A DNA stretch of 55,085 nt from contig CAZZHR010000001.1 in the NCBI GenBank assembly GCA_964654205.1, forward strand, positions 131,953 to 187,037, given 5' to 3'. Shown in pieces: positions 17,176-26,454 of the stretch. Numbering within the stretch: the first letter of the stretch is position 1; each line of letters begins with the position of its first letter. Source of the stretch: an uncultured Candidatus Saccharibacteria bacterium. Lineage in GTDB: Bacteria; Patescibacteriota; Minisyncoccia; Phycocordibacterales; UBA2100. The position numbers and the translations under genes were made by a program. The notes beneath the pieces were generated by a model. The model made no database searches. It was not told the DNA's origin and saw only the letters and a list, made by a program, of their open reading frames with translations.

Positions 17176-17574
17176 TCACGTGTTCCACAACTCGTCGTAG
17201 AGGTACACGACGATGCGCACGAGTGTGCAGGCTCCGAACGTGACGCCGGTCAATGCGGAATACTCCGATGGCGGCAGTGCAAGCCAAAAGCTTGCAATCG
17301 GTTTGATGGCGAGCCACCACACGAGCAGCAGTTCGCATATTAGTCCGACAAAGCACAGTGCGCGGAACGCGAACTCGCCCGCAAAGGAAAATTGCGCACG
17401 GATGTGGTTCTCGTTGCGAAAACCCAGGTACGCCGGCCACCACGGCCAGCGGACGAGCAACAGAGCCGGTCGCCAGACGACCCATTCGACGAATTCGGCG
17501 ACTTGCTCGATTTCACTCAGCTTCTGCTCCGAGGTCTTCGGTGCACCGAACAGCCAGTGTTCGCGCGTGTCCAT
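17176..17574 (-). CDS. Hypothetical integral membrane protein (133 aa)
   Basis: MDTREHW... followed by hydrophobic helices. GGAGG lies 7 nt upstream. The longer ORF-track form overlaps the divergent amidohydrolase gene. Confidence 0.5.
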   Translation of the reverse strand: MDTREHWLFGAPKTSEQKLSEIEQVAEFVEWVVWRPALLLVRWPWWPAYLGFRNENHIRAQFSFAGEFAFRALCFVGLICELLLVWWLAIKPIASFWLALPPSEYSALTGVTFGACTLVRIVVYLYDELWNT

Positions 17575-17652
17575 GAGGAGTCCTCCGGTTTCTGACGGAA
17601 CATTACCGTGCCAAATCTGGCGGTCAATATCGTCGATGGTATGATGCCGGGG

Positions 17653-19044
17653 ATGAAAACGGTGACCGTGGAAGGTCTCATTGCGACGCACGATAAGAAG
17701 CCATTTCGCGGTGTTATCTCCATCGATAGGAAGACGGGTCTCATCGCGGGAGTCTCGAAGCCCTCGCGCAAGGTGGCGGACTACACTTTTGGCGACGACT
17801 GCTTGATTTTCGCGGGTTTTGGCGATGTGCACATACACGCTCGCGAGGACGAGACAGGTAAGCAAGTCTACAAAGAGGAGTACGCGACTGCGGCGGATGC
17901 AGCACTCCACGGGGGCGTGGTGCACGTGAGCGCGATGCCGAACACACCGAATCCCGTTGTCGGCAAAAAAGAATTCGAATGGCATCGCTCTCGCGTCGCG
18001 CAGCTTCAGAAGCCTGTCGCTATTCTCAACTATCTCGGCATCGACTCGAAGACGAAGCCGCTCGGAAAGCCCGGCGAATATTTCTATAAACTGTATTTCG
18101 GCAAATCGGTCGGCGACCTCACGGTGACGTATGGCAGCGAACTCGACGTAATTCTTTCGCGATACAAAGGCCAGCAGGTTTCATTCCACGTCGAGTACGA
18201 ACCGATTGTGCAAGCCTCTGCCGGGGGCAAGACGCATTCGAACAGGCGGCCAGTCGAGTGCGTCAATGAGGGCCTCCGCATCCTCCTGCCGCTTATCGAA
18301 AAATACAAAATCCGGGCAAAGCTCTGTCACTGGTCTACCGGAGGGGAGAGTTTCGAGATGATTGCTGCATATAGGAAGCGCGGATGCGACATCGTGCTCG
18401 AGGTCTCGCCGCTCCACCTTCTTTTCGATACGTCGATGACCGATGCCGACCCGAGCCTTTGGACCAAGATTCAAATGAATCCCGCCGTACAGGCGCCTGA
18501 GCACCGCAAGGCGCTCGTCAATGGACTCAAAGATGGCTTCATTCAATTCATCGCCACAGACCACGCGCCTCATACAGAAGAAGAAAAGTACTCGGCGTTC
18601 ACAAAGTTCCGCGACCAGTATCCGGGGAAGAGCAACAAAGACATCGCCATGGCTGTAAAAGAGAAGGACAGGGAACTCTTTCTCGCCACGTGCTGCGAGA
18701 ACAATCACAGCGGTGCCCCATGGCTCGATACCTACGCGCTTGTCTGTACGTGGCTCATGCGGGAACATGGATTTACGTCGCAGGATATCGCGCGCGTGTC
18801 GGCATACATGCCGGGGAAGTTTGTGAACCCGCACCTCAGAAAGCAATTCGCGAAACAGAAATTTGGAAAAGGATTTGGCGAAATAAAAAAAGGATTCATG
18901 GGCTCTCTCACTGTGCTCAACACCAAGAAGCAGACACTCGTGAAGCGCGAAGACTTGAAGACCAAGGTGGGCTGGTCTGCACTCCAGGGGAGGGTGATGC
19001 CGGGATCCGTCGAGGCGGTATTTATTGGCGGCAAAAAACAATAA
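17653..19044 (+). CDS. Dihydroorotase-like cyclic amidohydrolase
   Basis: GDVHIHARE (the HxH motif) and ATDHAPH, the signature of dihydroorotase/allantoinase-type enzymes. The ATG at 17653 lies 7 nt after TATGAT. Confidence 0.75.
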   Translation: MKTVTVEGLIATHDKKPFRGVISIDRKTGLIAGVSKPSRKVADYTFGDDCLIFAGFGDVHIHAREDETGKQVYKEEYATAADAALHGGVVHVSAMPNTPNPVVGKKEFEWHRSRVAQLQKPVAILNYLGIDSKTKPLGKPGEYFYKLYFGKSVGDLTVTYGSELDVILSRYKGQQVSFHVEYEPIVQASAGGKTHSNRRPVECVNEGLRILLPLIEKYKIRAKLCHWSTGGESFEMIAAYRKRGCDIVLEVSPLHLLFDTSMTDADPSLWTKIQMNPAVQAPEHRKALVNGLKDGFIQFIATDHAPHTEEEKYSAFTKFRDQYPGKSNKDIAMAVKEKDRELFLATCCENNHSGAPWLDTYALVCTWLMREHGFTSQDIARVSAYMPGKFVNPHLRKQFAKQKFGKGFGEIKKGFMGSLTVLNTKKQTLVKREDLKTKVGWSALQGRVMPGSVEAVFIGGKKQ

Positions 19045-19058
19045 TGTGAAGCAATGAT

Positions 19059-20207
19059 ATGAAAAAGAACGATAATACTAAAAAGGCGATGGCGCTCCAT
19101 AAGAAGCTCGGCGGGAAGATACGCATAGTGCCGGCGGCGCCGGTGCGCAATAGGGCAGACCTCGCGCTCGTCTACACGCCGGGCGTTGCCGCAGTGTCGA
19201 GTCTCGTCGCAAAGAATCCGAAAGAGGCAAGGGTGTACACGATGAAAGGGCGCACGGTCGCCGTGATTTCCGACGGCTCCGCAGTGCTCGGACTCGGCAA
19301 CATCGGCGCCCTCGGCGCACTTCCGGTGATGGAGGGCAAAGCGGCACTTTTCAAGACATTCGCCGATGTGGATGCGGTGCCTATTGTCTTAGCAACCCAA
19401 GATGCAGACGAAATAGTGGAGACGGTACTCCGTATTGCGCCCGCATTCGGCGGCATCAACCTCGAAGACATCGCTGCCCCGAAGTGTTTCGATATTGAAA
19501 AGCGCGTCATCGATGCGCTGGACATCCCCGTCATGCACGACGACCAGCACGGCACGGCTGTCGTCGTGCTTGCGGGGCTTATCAATGCGGTGAAAGTCGT
19601 CGGCAAGAATCTGAACAATTGCACGGTAGTTGTTGCGGGCGTGGGCGCTGCGGGCGTAGCCACAGTGAAGCTCGTCCATGCGTATGCCCCAAAAGCGCGG
19701 ATAGTCGCGGTCGACAGCAAGGGTATCGTGGGCACACACCGCGACGACCTCAATAGTACGAAGAAACAACTCTTGAGCGATAAGGTTGCCGTCGGAAATC
19801 GAAAGGGGAGCGTCGCAGATGCGCTCGACGGTGCGGACATTTTTCTCGGTGTCTCACAACCGCGCACGGTGACCGCGGAGATGGTACGGAGCATGGCGAA
19901 AGGCGCAATACTCTTCGCGATGGCGAATCCTACGCCGGAAATCATGCCCGATGAGGCGAAGAAGGGCGGCGCGAGAGTCGTCGCGACCGGGCGTAGCGAT
20001 TTCCCGAATCAAATCAACAACTCGCTCGCGTTTCCCGGGATTTTCCGAGGCGCGCTCGACAATGGCGTACGTAGAATCACCGACAAGCACAAAATCGCCG
20101 CAGCGAAGGCGATTGCGGGGCTTATCAAGAAGCCGACGGCCGGGAAGATAGTGCCGGACATGTTCGACAAACGCGTCGCGAAGGCCGTAGCAAAGGTCAT
20201 CCGATAG
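19059..20207 (+). CDS. NAD(P)-dependent malic enzyme (short, MaeB N-terminal type)
   Basis: LALVYTPGVA...VISDGSAVLGLGNIG...PVMEGKA.LFK.FA.VDA.PI and GVGAAG. Confidence 0.9.
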   Translation: MKKNDNTKKAMALHKKLGGKIRIVPAAPVRNRADLALVYTPGVAAVSSLVAKNPKEARVYTMKGRTVAVISDGSAVLGLGNIGALGALPVMEGKAALFKTFADVDAVPIVLATQDADEIVETVLRIAPAFGGINLEDIAAPKCFDIEKRVIDALDIPVMHDDQHGTAVVVLAGLINAVKVVGKNLNNCTVVVAGVGAAGVATVKLVHAYAPKARIVAVDSKGIVGTHRDDLNSTKKQLLSDKVAVGNRKGSVADALDGADIFLGVSQPRTVTAEMVRSMAKGAILFAMANPTPEIMPDEAKKGGARVVATGRSDFPNQINNSLAFPGIFRGALDNGVRRITDKHKIAAAKAIAGLIKKPTAGKIVPDMFDKRVAKAVAKVIR

Positions 20208-20235
20208 CTCCGACCCACCGCGGTATACTGAGTAC

Positions 20236-20475
20236 ATGGACGCGATGGGGCTCGCGCAGCTCAAAAGGCAGATGGCCTGGCAGGCCGAGCAGGTGAAGCA
20301 CGGCGAAATAGACCTCCACAGCGCCGAGCTCGCCCTCGAGGCTTCCAAGAAGAAAGTGGAAGAACTCAAGAAGAAGATGGAGATGGACAAGCGCCGTCTC
20401 GACCAGCTTAAGATAGAGGTCTCCCGTTCGGAAGAGCAGCTTCGAAAGGAGGCGTTCGATAAGCGAAGAGGCTAA
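20236..20475 (+). CDS. Small coiled-coil protein, hypothetical
   Basis: Heptad-rich, charged 79-aa ORF. TATACT lies 6 nt upstream of the ATG. Confidence 0.4.
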   Translation: MDAMGLAQLKRQMAWQAEQVKHGEIDLHSAELALEASKKKVEELKKKMEMDKRRLDQLKIEVSRSEEQLRKEAFDKRRG

Positions 20476-20503
20476 CGGTATCGCAAAACTCGCGCATTAG
20501 GCC

Positions 20504-20509
20504 TATAAT
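20504..20509 (+). promoter_or_regulatory. -10 box TATAAT of the tRNA-Ile promoter
   Basis: TATAAT ends 9 nt before tRNA position 1. Confidence 0.5.
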
Positions 20510-20518
20510 CTGCGCACT

Positions 20519-20591
20519 CCGCCCGTAGCTCAATGGTTAGAGCACCGAGCTTATACCTCGGGGGTTCCTGGTTCGAGTCCAGGCGGGCGGA
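20519..20591 (+). tRNA. tRNA-Ile, anticodon UAU
   Basis: Hand-folded cloverleaf. Acceptor CCGCCCG/CGGGCGG, D stem GCTC/GAGC, anticodon stem CCGAG/CTCGG with loop C-T-TAT-A-C, T arm CCTGG-TTCGAGT-CCAGG, discriminator A. CCA is not encoded. Confidence 0.85.
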
Positions 20592-20597
20592 CTCACA

Positions 20598-21551
20598 ATG
20601 GAAACACGGACTATTGCCACGGTAAATTCCTGCATTTACTGCGGGTCGACTCAGGCGCTTACAGACGAGCATGCTATCCCCTTGGGACTAAATGGGGTCT
20701 ACGTACTCAAGAAGGCAAGTTGTATCAGTTGTAACACGGTAACAACAAAGTTCGAGCACGACGTGCTCCGGCGTTTGCTCCGATACTTTCGTGCATACAA
20801 AAGTCGATACAAAACGCGGAGAAAGAAAGAGATACCCGAGCTTTTCCCCGTCCAAATTCGCACGAGGAATGGTCAGGTAAAACAAATAAAGATGCCCATA
20901 TCTGATTGGGGTGCAGTTGCATTTGTACCTCATTTTGCTCCACCGCGAATCATATCCGGAAAGGAGGAAACAGAGGGAATAGAAGTGCTCGGTGGCTATA
21001 CCTTGCGTATTGGTGGATTAACGAAGGAGCAACTTGGTGCGAAGTATGGGATTACCGACTTGCATACATCTGCTACGCATAGCCCAGTTGAATATGCGCG
21101 TATGTTGGCGAAGATTGCATATTGCTTTACCGTGGCAGAATTCGGACACATTCCATCGGAGAATTATTACGTCATAGGTGCAATCCTTGGCAAAAAGAAA
21201 GACATTGGTACTTGGGTTGGCTGTAGAGACGCGGATGTAATGCCTAAGCAGAAAGATGTTGTGGTGAATTTGCATCTAAAGGACGATTGCACGATTTTAG
21301 TAAGGATTAAGTTCTTTGGAAAACTTAAGTCACCAACATACGAGGTGGTAGTTGGAAAAGTCAGTAAATTGAGCGCGCGCCAACGATTGAAATGGACTTG
21401 GAGTCGAATTCTAGGAACGCCCTACGCCGTGTGGGTCGTAAATGACCCATCATGGGATGTACTTCCTGCGACGAACAACGATTTTTTTGATGGTGCACAA
21501 TTTACTGACGAGAGCACAGGCAAAGTGGTCGATGCAAAAATGAAAAGCTAA
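20598..21551 (+). CDS. HNH (Cys4 beta-beta-alpha-Me finger) nuclease-domain protein with an unknown ~260-aa C-terminal domain
   Basis: CIYCGS...TDEHAIPLGLNG...CISCN fits the HNH pattern. The gene is visibly AT-richer than its neighbours. Its ATG lies 6 nt after the tRNA-Ile 3' end. Confidence 0.6.
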   Translation: METRTIATVNSCIYCGSTQALTDEHAIPLGLNGVYVLKKASCISCNTVTTKFEHDVLRRLLRYFRAYKSRYKTRRKKEIPELFPVQIRTRNGQVKQIKMPISDWGAVAFVPHFAPPRIISGKEETEGIEVLGGYTLRIGGLTKEQLGAKYGITDLHTSATHSPVEYARMLAKIAYCFTVAEFGHIPSENYYVIGAILGKKKDIGTWVGCRDADVMPKQKDVVVNLHLKDDCTILVRIKFFGKLKSPTYEVVVGKVSKLSARQRLKWTWSRILGTPYAVWVVNDPSWDVLPATNNDFFDGAQFTDESTGKVVDAKMKS

Positions 21552-21560
21552 TATACAGAT

Positions 21561-22028
21561 ATGGCTCCGCACATCCACGAGAAGATTGATTTCACCGTAG
21601 AAGTTTTTATCGTGTACAAAGACAAGGTGTTGCTCCGGAAGCACGACAAATATGGTTTCTGGCTCTCGATAGGCGGCCACATCGAACTCAACGAAGACCC
21701 CGTCGAAGCGGCGCATCGCGAAGTAAGAGAGGAGGTCGGACTCGAGATAGAGCTCTTTGGCAATCCGATGCCGCCGATTTTCGTGGATGATACGTACCGA
21801 GAACTCATGCCGCCGAAATATATGAATAGGCATAACATAGGGAAGAGCGGACATGAGCACGTATCGCTCGTCTACTTTGCGCGCGCCACATCTGACGATG
21901 TCGTCGCCGAAAAGGCTGGCGATGTCTGGAAGTGGCTCACGAAAGAAGATGTGGAAAAGAACACCATAGGCCTCAAGGCAGACATTCAGTTCTACGCACT
22001 CAAAGCGCTCGAGGAACTCGCCTCGTAA
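21561..22028 (+). CDS. NUDIX hydrolase
   Basis: The Nudix box: GGHIELNEDPVEAAHREVREEVGL. Confidence 0.85.
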   Translation: MAPHIHEKIDFTVEVFIVYKDKVLLRKHDKYGFWLSIGGHIELNEDPVEAAHREVREEVGLEIELFGNPMPPIFVDDTYRELMPPKYMNRHNIGKSGHEHVSLVYFARATSDDVVAEKAGDVWKWLTKEDVEKNTIGLKADIQFYALKALEELAS

Positions 22029-22073
22029 GTCTGTGCATAGGACGGGATTGCGCGAGGTAGACCCCGTGCGACA

Positions 22074-23513
22074 ATGTGCCCTATGAGACATTTCGCCTGC
22101 GCACTCGCGCTCTTCGTCGTTCTTACCAGCGTTCCGCTTGTTTCCAATGCGCAAACTCAGAGCGCTGAACAGCTCGCGGCACAGGCAGAATTGCTTTTGC
22201 AGCAGATAGCGGCGCTTCAAGCACAACTTGCCGCGCAAAGTGGCGGCACTGTCGGTTCGACAGCGCCTGTGATTCCGAGTAACGCATCCAGCGCGCTCTG
22301 TCCGAACATCGGGCGCGTCCTCAAGCTTGGCTCCACGGGAGATGATGTTTCCAGATTGCAGAGATTTCTCGCCGCAGACCCGAGTATCTATCCAGAAGCG
22401 CTCATCACGGGCTACTATGGCTCACTCACGGAAGCAGCGGTAAAGAGGTGGCAGACCAAGTTCAATATTGTTTCTTCCGGCGATGCGGATTCTACAGGCT
22501 TTGGCGTGACAGGCCCTCGTACTGCTGCGGCCATAGCGTTGCAATGCTCGACCTCTTCCGGTGGTGGCAACAATGTCACGTCGCCCACTGTCGGAGGATT
22601 CATACAGGTATCGCCAGTCTCCGGCAACGCGCCGCTTTCCGTGAGTGTCACGGCGACGGTGAACACGGTCAACTCGTGCCAGGCCGCGGCCTACACGCTT
22701 GAATGGGGAGACGGTTCTGTAGCACAGACGATACAAGTACCTGCGAATCGTTGCGCGTCTCTTCAACAGACGTTCTCGCATCAGTATGTCTACGGCGGTC
22801 AGTACCTCGTGCGCTTGTCAGCGGGGCAGCACTCGACGACGGCGACGGTGCAGGTGTTTGGCGCTGGTGCGCCCGCAGGCGTCACTCCCGGCATAGGCGT
22901 GACCACCCCGACAACGCCAACGCAGCCGACATCACTCTCGGTCACGATTCCTTTTGAGGGACAGACGGTGCAGCGTGGCAGTACGGTAAGCGTGTCGTGG
23001 AGCGCGAGCGGGGGCATACCCGCGAACTCGCAGGTACAACTCGACCTCATAAATGCATCCGGCCAGCAAGTAGGCAGTCCTCTCATCGCGACCGTGAATA
23101 TGGTCGGGACGCACTCATGGCAGGTGCCGACGAATGTCCCCGGAGGTCAGTACAAAATCCGTGCGAGGGTCTTGCAGGTCGGAGGGAATACCATCGTGAC
23201 GACGGATAGCAATGCGTTTGCCATCTCGGAGCCGTTCTCGTACGGGCCGCTCGCTGTCTCTCCCGGCGTGTCGAGCAATCCGCTCGCTATCGGGGTCTCA
23301 TTCAACATTCCCACATCCTGCACCGGCTACACCCTGAGCTGGGGCGACGGCACACAGAGCGCGACGCAGTCGCACGCGACGTCGTGTGCGGAGACGCCCG
23401 TCACGAGAATATTCACGCATGAGTATGCATCTTCGGGTGTGTATACCATCACGCTTCGCCGAGGTGCGGACCTCTCGCACGTCGACACAGCATCGATTTC
23501 AATCTCGAATTAG
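22074..23513 (+). CDS. Secreted protein with a peptidoglycan-binding (PG_binding_1) domain and two PKD-like repeats
   Basis: Signal peptide. LKLGSTGDDVSRLQRFL...GYYGSLTEAAVKRWQ matches PG_binding_1. WGDG-type repeats occur twice. Alternative start at 22084. Confidence 0.65.
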   Translation: MCPMRHFACALALFVVLTSVPLVSNAQTQSAEQLAAQAELLLQQIAALQAQLAAQSGGTVGSTAPVIPSNASSALCPNIGRVLKLGSTGDDVSRLQRFLAADPSIYPEALITGYYGSLTEAAVKRWQTKFNIVSSGDADSTGFGVTGPRTAAAIALQCSTSSGGGNNVTSPTVGGFIQVSPVSGNAPLSVSVTATVNTVNSCQAAAYTLEWGDGSVAQTIQVPANRCASLQQTFSHQYVYGGQYLVRLSAGQHSTTATVQVFGAGAPAGVTPGIGVTTPTTPTQPTSLSVTIPFEGQTVQRGSTVSVSWSASGGIPANSQVQLDLINASGQQVGSPLIATVNMVGTHSWQVPTNVPGGQYKIRARVLQVGGNTIVTTDSNAFAISEPFSYGPLAVSPGVSSNPLAIGVSFNIPTSCTGYTLSWGDGTQSATQSHATSCAETPVTRIFTHEYASSGVYTITLRRGADLSHVDTASISISN

Positions 23514-25670
23514 CTACTCGCGGTGATGCTCCGACGAGAGTTTCGCAATGCGCTCTCTGAGCGCCGGGTGCCTTGAGAGTTCCGCGTCTTCACCCACGAG
23601 TCGCTGTGCCTCGGTGCGCGCTGCTTGGATGAGCTTCACGTTCTTGAGCGCGTCCATACCAAGGTCGCTCACACCCCATTGCTTCCTGCCGAGAAGGTCT
23701 CCTGCGCCGCGCGTCTCGAGGTCAGCTTCAGCGAGTTTGAAACCATCGTCGGACGTCTCCAGTGCCCGGAGACGCTTCATCGATACGTCGCCCTTTGTCT
23801 CCGGGAGGAGGAAGCAGAGCGGCGGGTGCGCGGAGCGCATGACGCGTCCGCGCAGCTGGTGCAGCTGCGCGAGTCCGAAGCGTTCCGCGCCCTCGATGAG
23901 GATGACGGTCGCGTTTGGGACATTGACGCCGACTTCGACGACGGATGTTGCGACGAGGATATGTATCTTGCCGCTCGCGAAATCCGCCATCACGGCGTCC
24001 TTCTCCTTCGGTTTCATGCCGCCGTGGAGAAGACCTACAGAAAAATCTGGGAAGACCTCTTTTTGCAGACGCTTCGCTTCCGCCTTTGCAGACTTCGCCA
24101 TGACCGCGTTGATTTTTGCGGGGTCTGGTTCGTCGATACGCGGGCAAATCACGTACGCTTGCCGACCTTCTTCGAGCTTCCTCCGTACCTCCTCATACGC
24201 GCCATCGCGGTCGTCTTTTTGCACGATGCGCGTCGTTATCTTCGCTCTGCCCGGCGGCAGTTCGTCGAGAATCGAAATGTCGAGGTCTCCATACATGGTA
24301 AGCGCGAGCGTGCGCGGGATAGGAGTCGCGGTCATCGAGAGGAAGTGCGGCGCAGCGTCGCCCTTGCGCGCGAGAGAGCGTCGTTGCTTCGTGCCGAACC
24401 GGTGCTGCTCGTCGACTATCGCATACGCGAGATGTTGGAACCTGACTGATTTTTGTATGAGCGCGTGCGTGCCGACCAGCATCGCTATCTCGCCATTCTG
24501 TACCCACTTGAGGAGTTGCGCGCGCGAGATGTCGGTCGCTTTGCCCGGCGATACTTTGGAAGGGAACTTCTTGCACCCGCTCCCGGTGATGAGCGCGATG
24601 TTGATAGGAAGATGCTTGAAGAATTCAATGAAAGACAGGAAGTGCTGCCCTGCGAGGATCTCCGTGGGTGCCATATACGCGACCTGGAGCGTACCGCTCT
24701 CTCGCCCCGGCGGACGCGACGTGACGACGCCGTAGCTTGTCGCAGCGGCGACGAGCGTCTTGCCCGCGCCGACGTCTCCCTCGAGAAGTCTCGCCATGGG
24801 GTGGGGCTTTCCGAGGTCGTCGAGTATCTCTGCGATCGCTCTCTTTTGCGCCCCGGTAGGCACGACGCCTACAATCGAGACGAACTTCTCCGTGCGGGCT
24901 TCGGCACCCTCGATCCTGAACGCGGGCTCGTCGTCGTTGCGCTTTCTCTCTTGCGCGCGAGCGACCTGGAGCGCAAATATTTCCTCAAAAGAGAATCGCT
25001 TGCGCGCCGCTTCAGCGTGCCCGAGCTTTTCAGGCTTGTGGACGAATACGAACGCTGTCTGAAGGTCGGGCAGATTGTACTTAGAGCGCAGTGGAGCCGG
25101 GAGCGGGTCTACGACGTGCCCATGTACGCCGGCCGCGAATATTTTCTCGATTGCGTGGAAGAACCATCGTGATGTAATGCCCCGCGTCTCTGGATAGACA
25201 GGAAAGAGTGCGGCGGGCTTCTTTGTGTCCTCGCCCCCGAAGAGTCCCTCGGGTACGACGCCCGATGGGACAGCTTCGACTTCAGGGTTGGCTATATAGG
25301 GATTCGCAGCGCTGCCCGCGACGGTACCGGTGACTTGCACCGCAGTGCCTTGCGGTACGTACGAGGCGATGTACGGTTGGTTGAACCACAACACTTTCAC
25401 GCGACCGCTCGAGTCTTCAAAATAGCCCTCGGTTGCGCTACGGCGGCTCTTCCAGAGTTTTTTCGCCTTTAATTTGGTAATGATGCCGAAGAGCGTGACT
25501 TTCGTCCCCGGCACAAGCGCAGAGGCCTCTCCCGCTGCGCCCGCTTGCTCGTAGCGAGTAGGGAAGTGCCGCAAGACGTCGCCAATCGAGGTGATGCCAA
25601 GTCGCTTGAGTGCCGAGGCCTGTGTGCTCGAGAGCTTAAAGTGTACCGCAACTGCGTCGTCCCATCGCAT
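23514..25670 (-). CDS. recG: ATP-dependent DNA helicase RecG
   Basis: Wedge domain, Walker A GDVGAGKT, DEQHRFG, and a C-terminal helicase domain. TATACT lies 6 nt upstream of the ATG. Confidence 0.95.
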   Translation of the reverse strand: MRWDDAVAVHFKLSSTQASALKRLGITSIGDVLRHFPTRYEQAGAAGEASALVPGTKVTLFGIITKLKAKKLWKSRRSATEGYFEDSSGRVKVLWFNQPYIASYVPQGTAVQVTGTVAGSAANPYIANPEVEAVPSGVVPEGLFGGEDTKKPAALFPVYPETRGITSRWFFHAIEKIFAAGVHGHVVDPLPAPLRSKYNLPDLQTAFVFVHKPEKLGHAEAARKRFSFEEIFALQVARAQERKRNDDEPAFRIEGAEARTEKFVSIVGVVPTGAQKRAIAEILDDLGKPHPMARLLEGDVGAGKTLVAAATSYGVVTSRPPGRESGTLQVAYMAPTEILAGQHFLSFIEFFKHLPINIALITGSGCKKFPSKVSPGKATDISRAQLLKWVQNGEIAMLVGTHALIQKSVRFQHLAYAIVDEQHRFGTKQRRSLARKGDAAPHFLSMTATPIPRTLALTMYGDLDISILDELPPGRAKITTRIVQKDDRDGAYEEVRRKLEEGRQAYVICPRIDEPDPAKINAVMAKSAKAEAKRLQKEVFPDFSVGLLHGGMKPKEKDAVMADFASGKIHILVATSVVEVGVNVPNATVILIEGAERFGLAQLHQLRGRVMRSAHPPLCFLLPETKGDVSMKRLRALETSDDGFKLAEADLETRGAGDLLGRKQWGVSDLGMDALKNVKLIQAARTEAQRLVGEDAELSRHPALRERIAKLSSEHHRE

Positions 25671-25774
25671 GGGAAGAGTATACCGCCTGGGTTATACACA
25701 TGGTGCGTTTGCCCCGCTTGCGCCTCTTCCAATCGTAAGTAGTATAGGCGTGTTAGAAGTTTTATTTCGGCACA

Positions 25775-25909
25775 ATGGTATTCGACGACGAGGAAAAGGA
25801 TAAGGAAGAGGGTGGAGTTTCGGAGGATGCACTCGAGGAGGTCCTCGATGAAGAGGACGACGACGAGGTTCCTGAGAGCGAATCAGACGAGGAAAAGGAT
25901 TGGGCTTAA
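25775..25909 (+). CDS. Possible 44-aa highly acidic protein
   Basis: MVFDDEEKDKEEGGVSEDALEEVLDEEDDDEVPESESDEEKDWA, followed directly by a terminator. Below the ORF-track size cut-off. Confidence 0.35.
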   Translation: MVFDDEEKDKEEGGVSEDALEEVLDEEDDDEVPESESDEEKDWA

Positions 25910-25915
25910 GGAAGG

Positions 25916-25940
25916 CCGCCCCCATGGGGCGGTTTTCTTT
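25916..25940 (+). terminator. Rho-independent terminator
   Basis: CCGCCCC-CAT-GGGGCGG followed by TTTTCTTT. Confidence 0.65.
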
Positions 25941-25971
25941 GAGGCGATTACACGCATGATATAGTATCTAC

Positions 25972-26448
25972 ATGATGACAGACACATCGGTGAGCGGGAA
26001 AAAAGTCATAATCATTGAGGACGACCCGCTTCTCCATAACCTCTTGGCAGACAAGATGAAGCAGTTGCGGGACAAGGGCGTCGAGGTGCATCCAGTCATG
26101 AACGCGGAGGAAGGTTTGCAGACTGCGGGAAGCATCAATCCCGACCTCATTCTCCTCGACCTCGTCCTCCCCAATATGACGGGCTTTGAATTCCTGGAGC
26201 AGCTCAGGAAGCAGCCCGGCCAAGAGAAGACACCCGTTGTCATACTCTCAAACCTCAGCGCCGACTCCGACAGAGAGCGCGCGAAGCAGCTCGGTGTCAT
26301 CGCGTACTTCGTGAAAGCGGATTTTTCTCTGAGTGAAATATCTGGCGCAGTGGAGGAGATACTCCTCGGACATGCGGTGCCCGCCCCCAAGGACACGGTG
26401 CCGGGCATAAAGAAGACGGAAACGGGCGGGTACATGGTGTACCTCTAG
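25972..26448 (+). CDS. Stand-alone response-regulator receiver (CheY-like) protein
   Basis: IIEDD...DLILLDLVLP is the phospho-acceptor Asp context. ...VVILSN...K. Confidence 0.85.
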   Translation: MMTDTSVSGKKVIIIEDDPLLHNLLADKMKQLRDKGVEVHPVMNAEEGLQTAGSINPDLILLDLVLPNMTGFEFLEQLRKQPGQEKTPVVILSNLSADSDRERAKQLGVIAYFVKADFSLSEISGAVEEILLGHAVPAPKDTVPGIKKTETGGYMVYL

Positions 26449-26454
26449 TGGGGC

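Noticed and set aside
17575-17985. N-terminal 137 aa of ORF 17176-17985 (minus strand)
   Set aside because: It overlaps the amidohydrolase gene on the other strand. A GGAGG plus ATG at 17574 gives a coherent membrane protein instead.
23548-24735. 395-aa ORF, and other long ORFs antisense to recG (similar antisense ORFs occur in ftsH, pilB, ligA and the nuclease gene)
   Set aside because: High-GC genes routinely leave the antisense frames open. These products are Arg/Ser/Pro-rich and motif-free, and the sense-strand genes are unambiguous.
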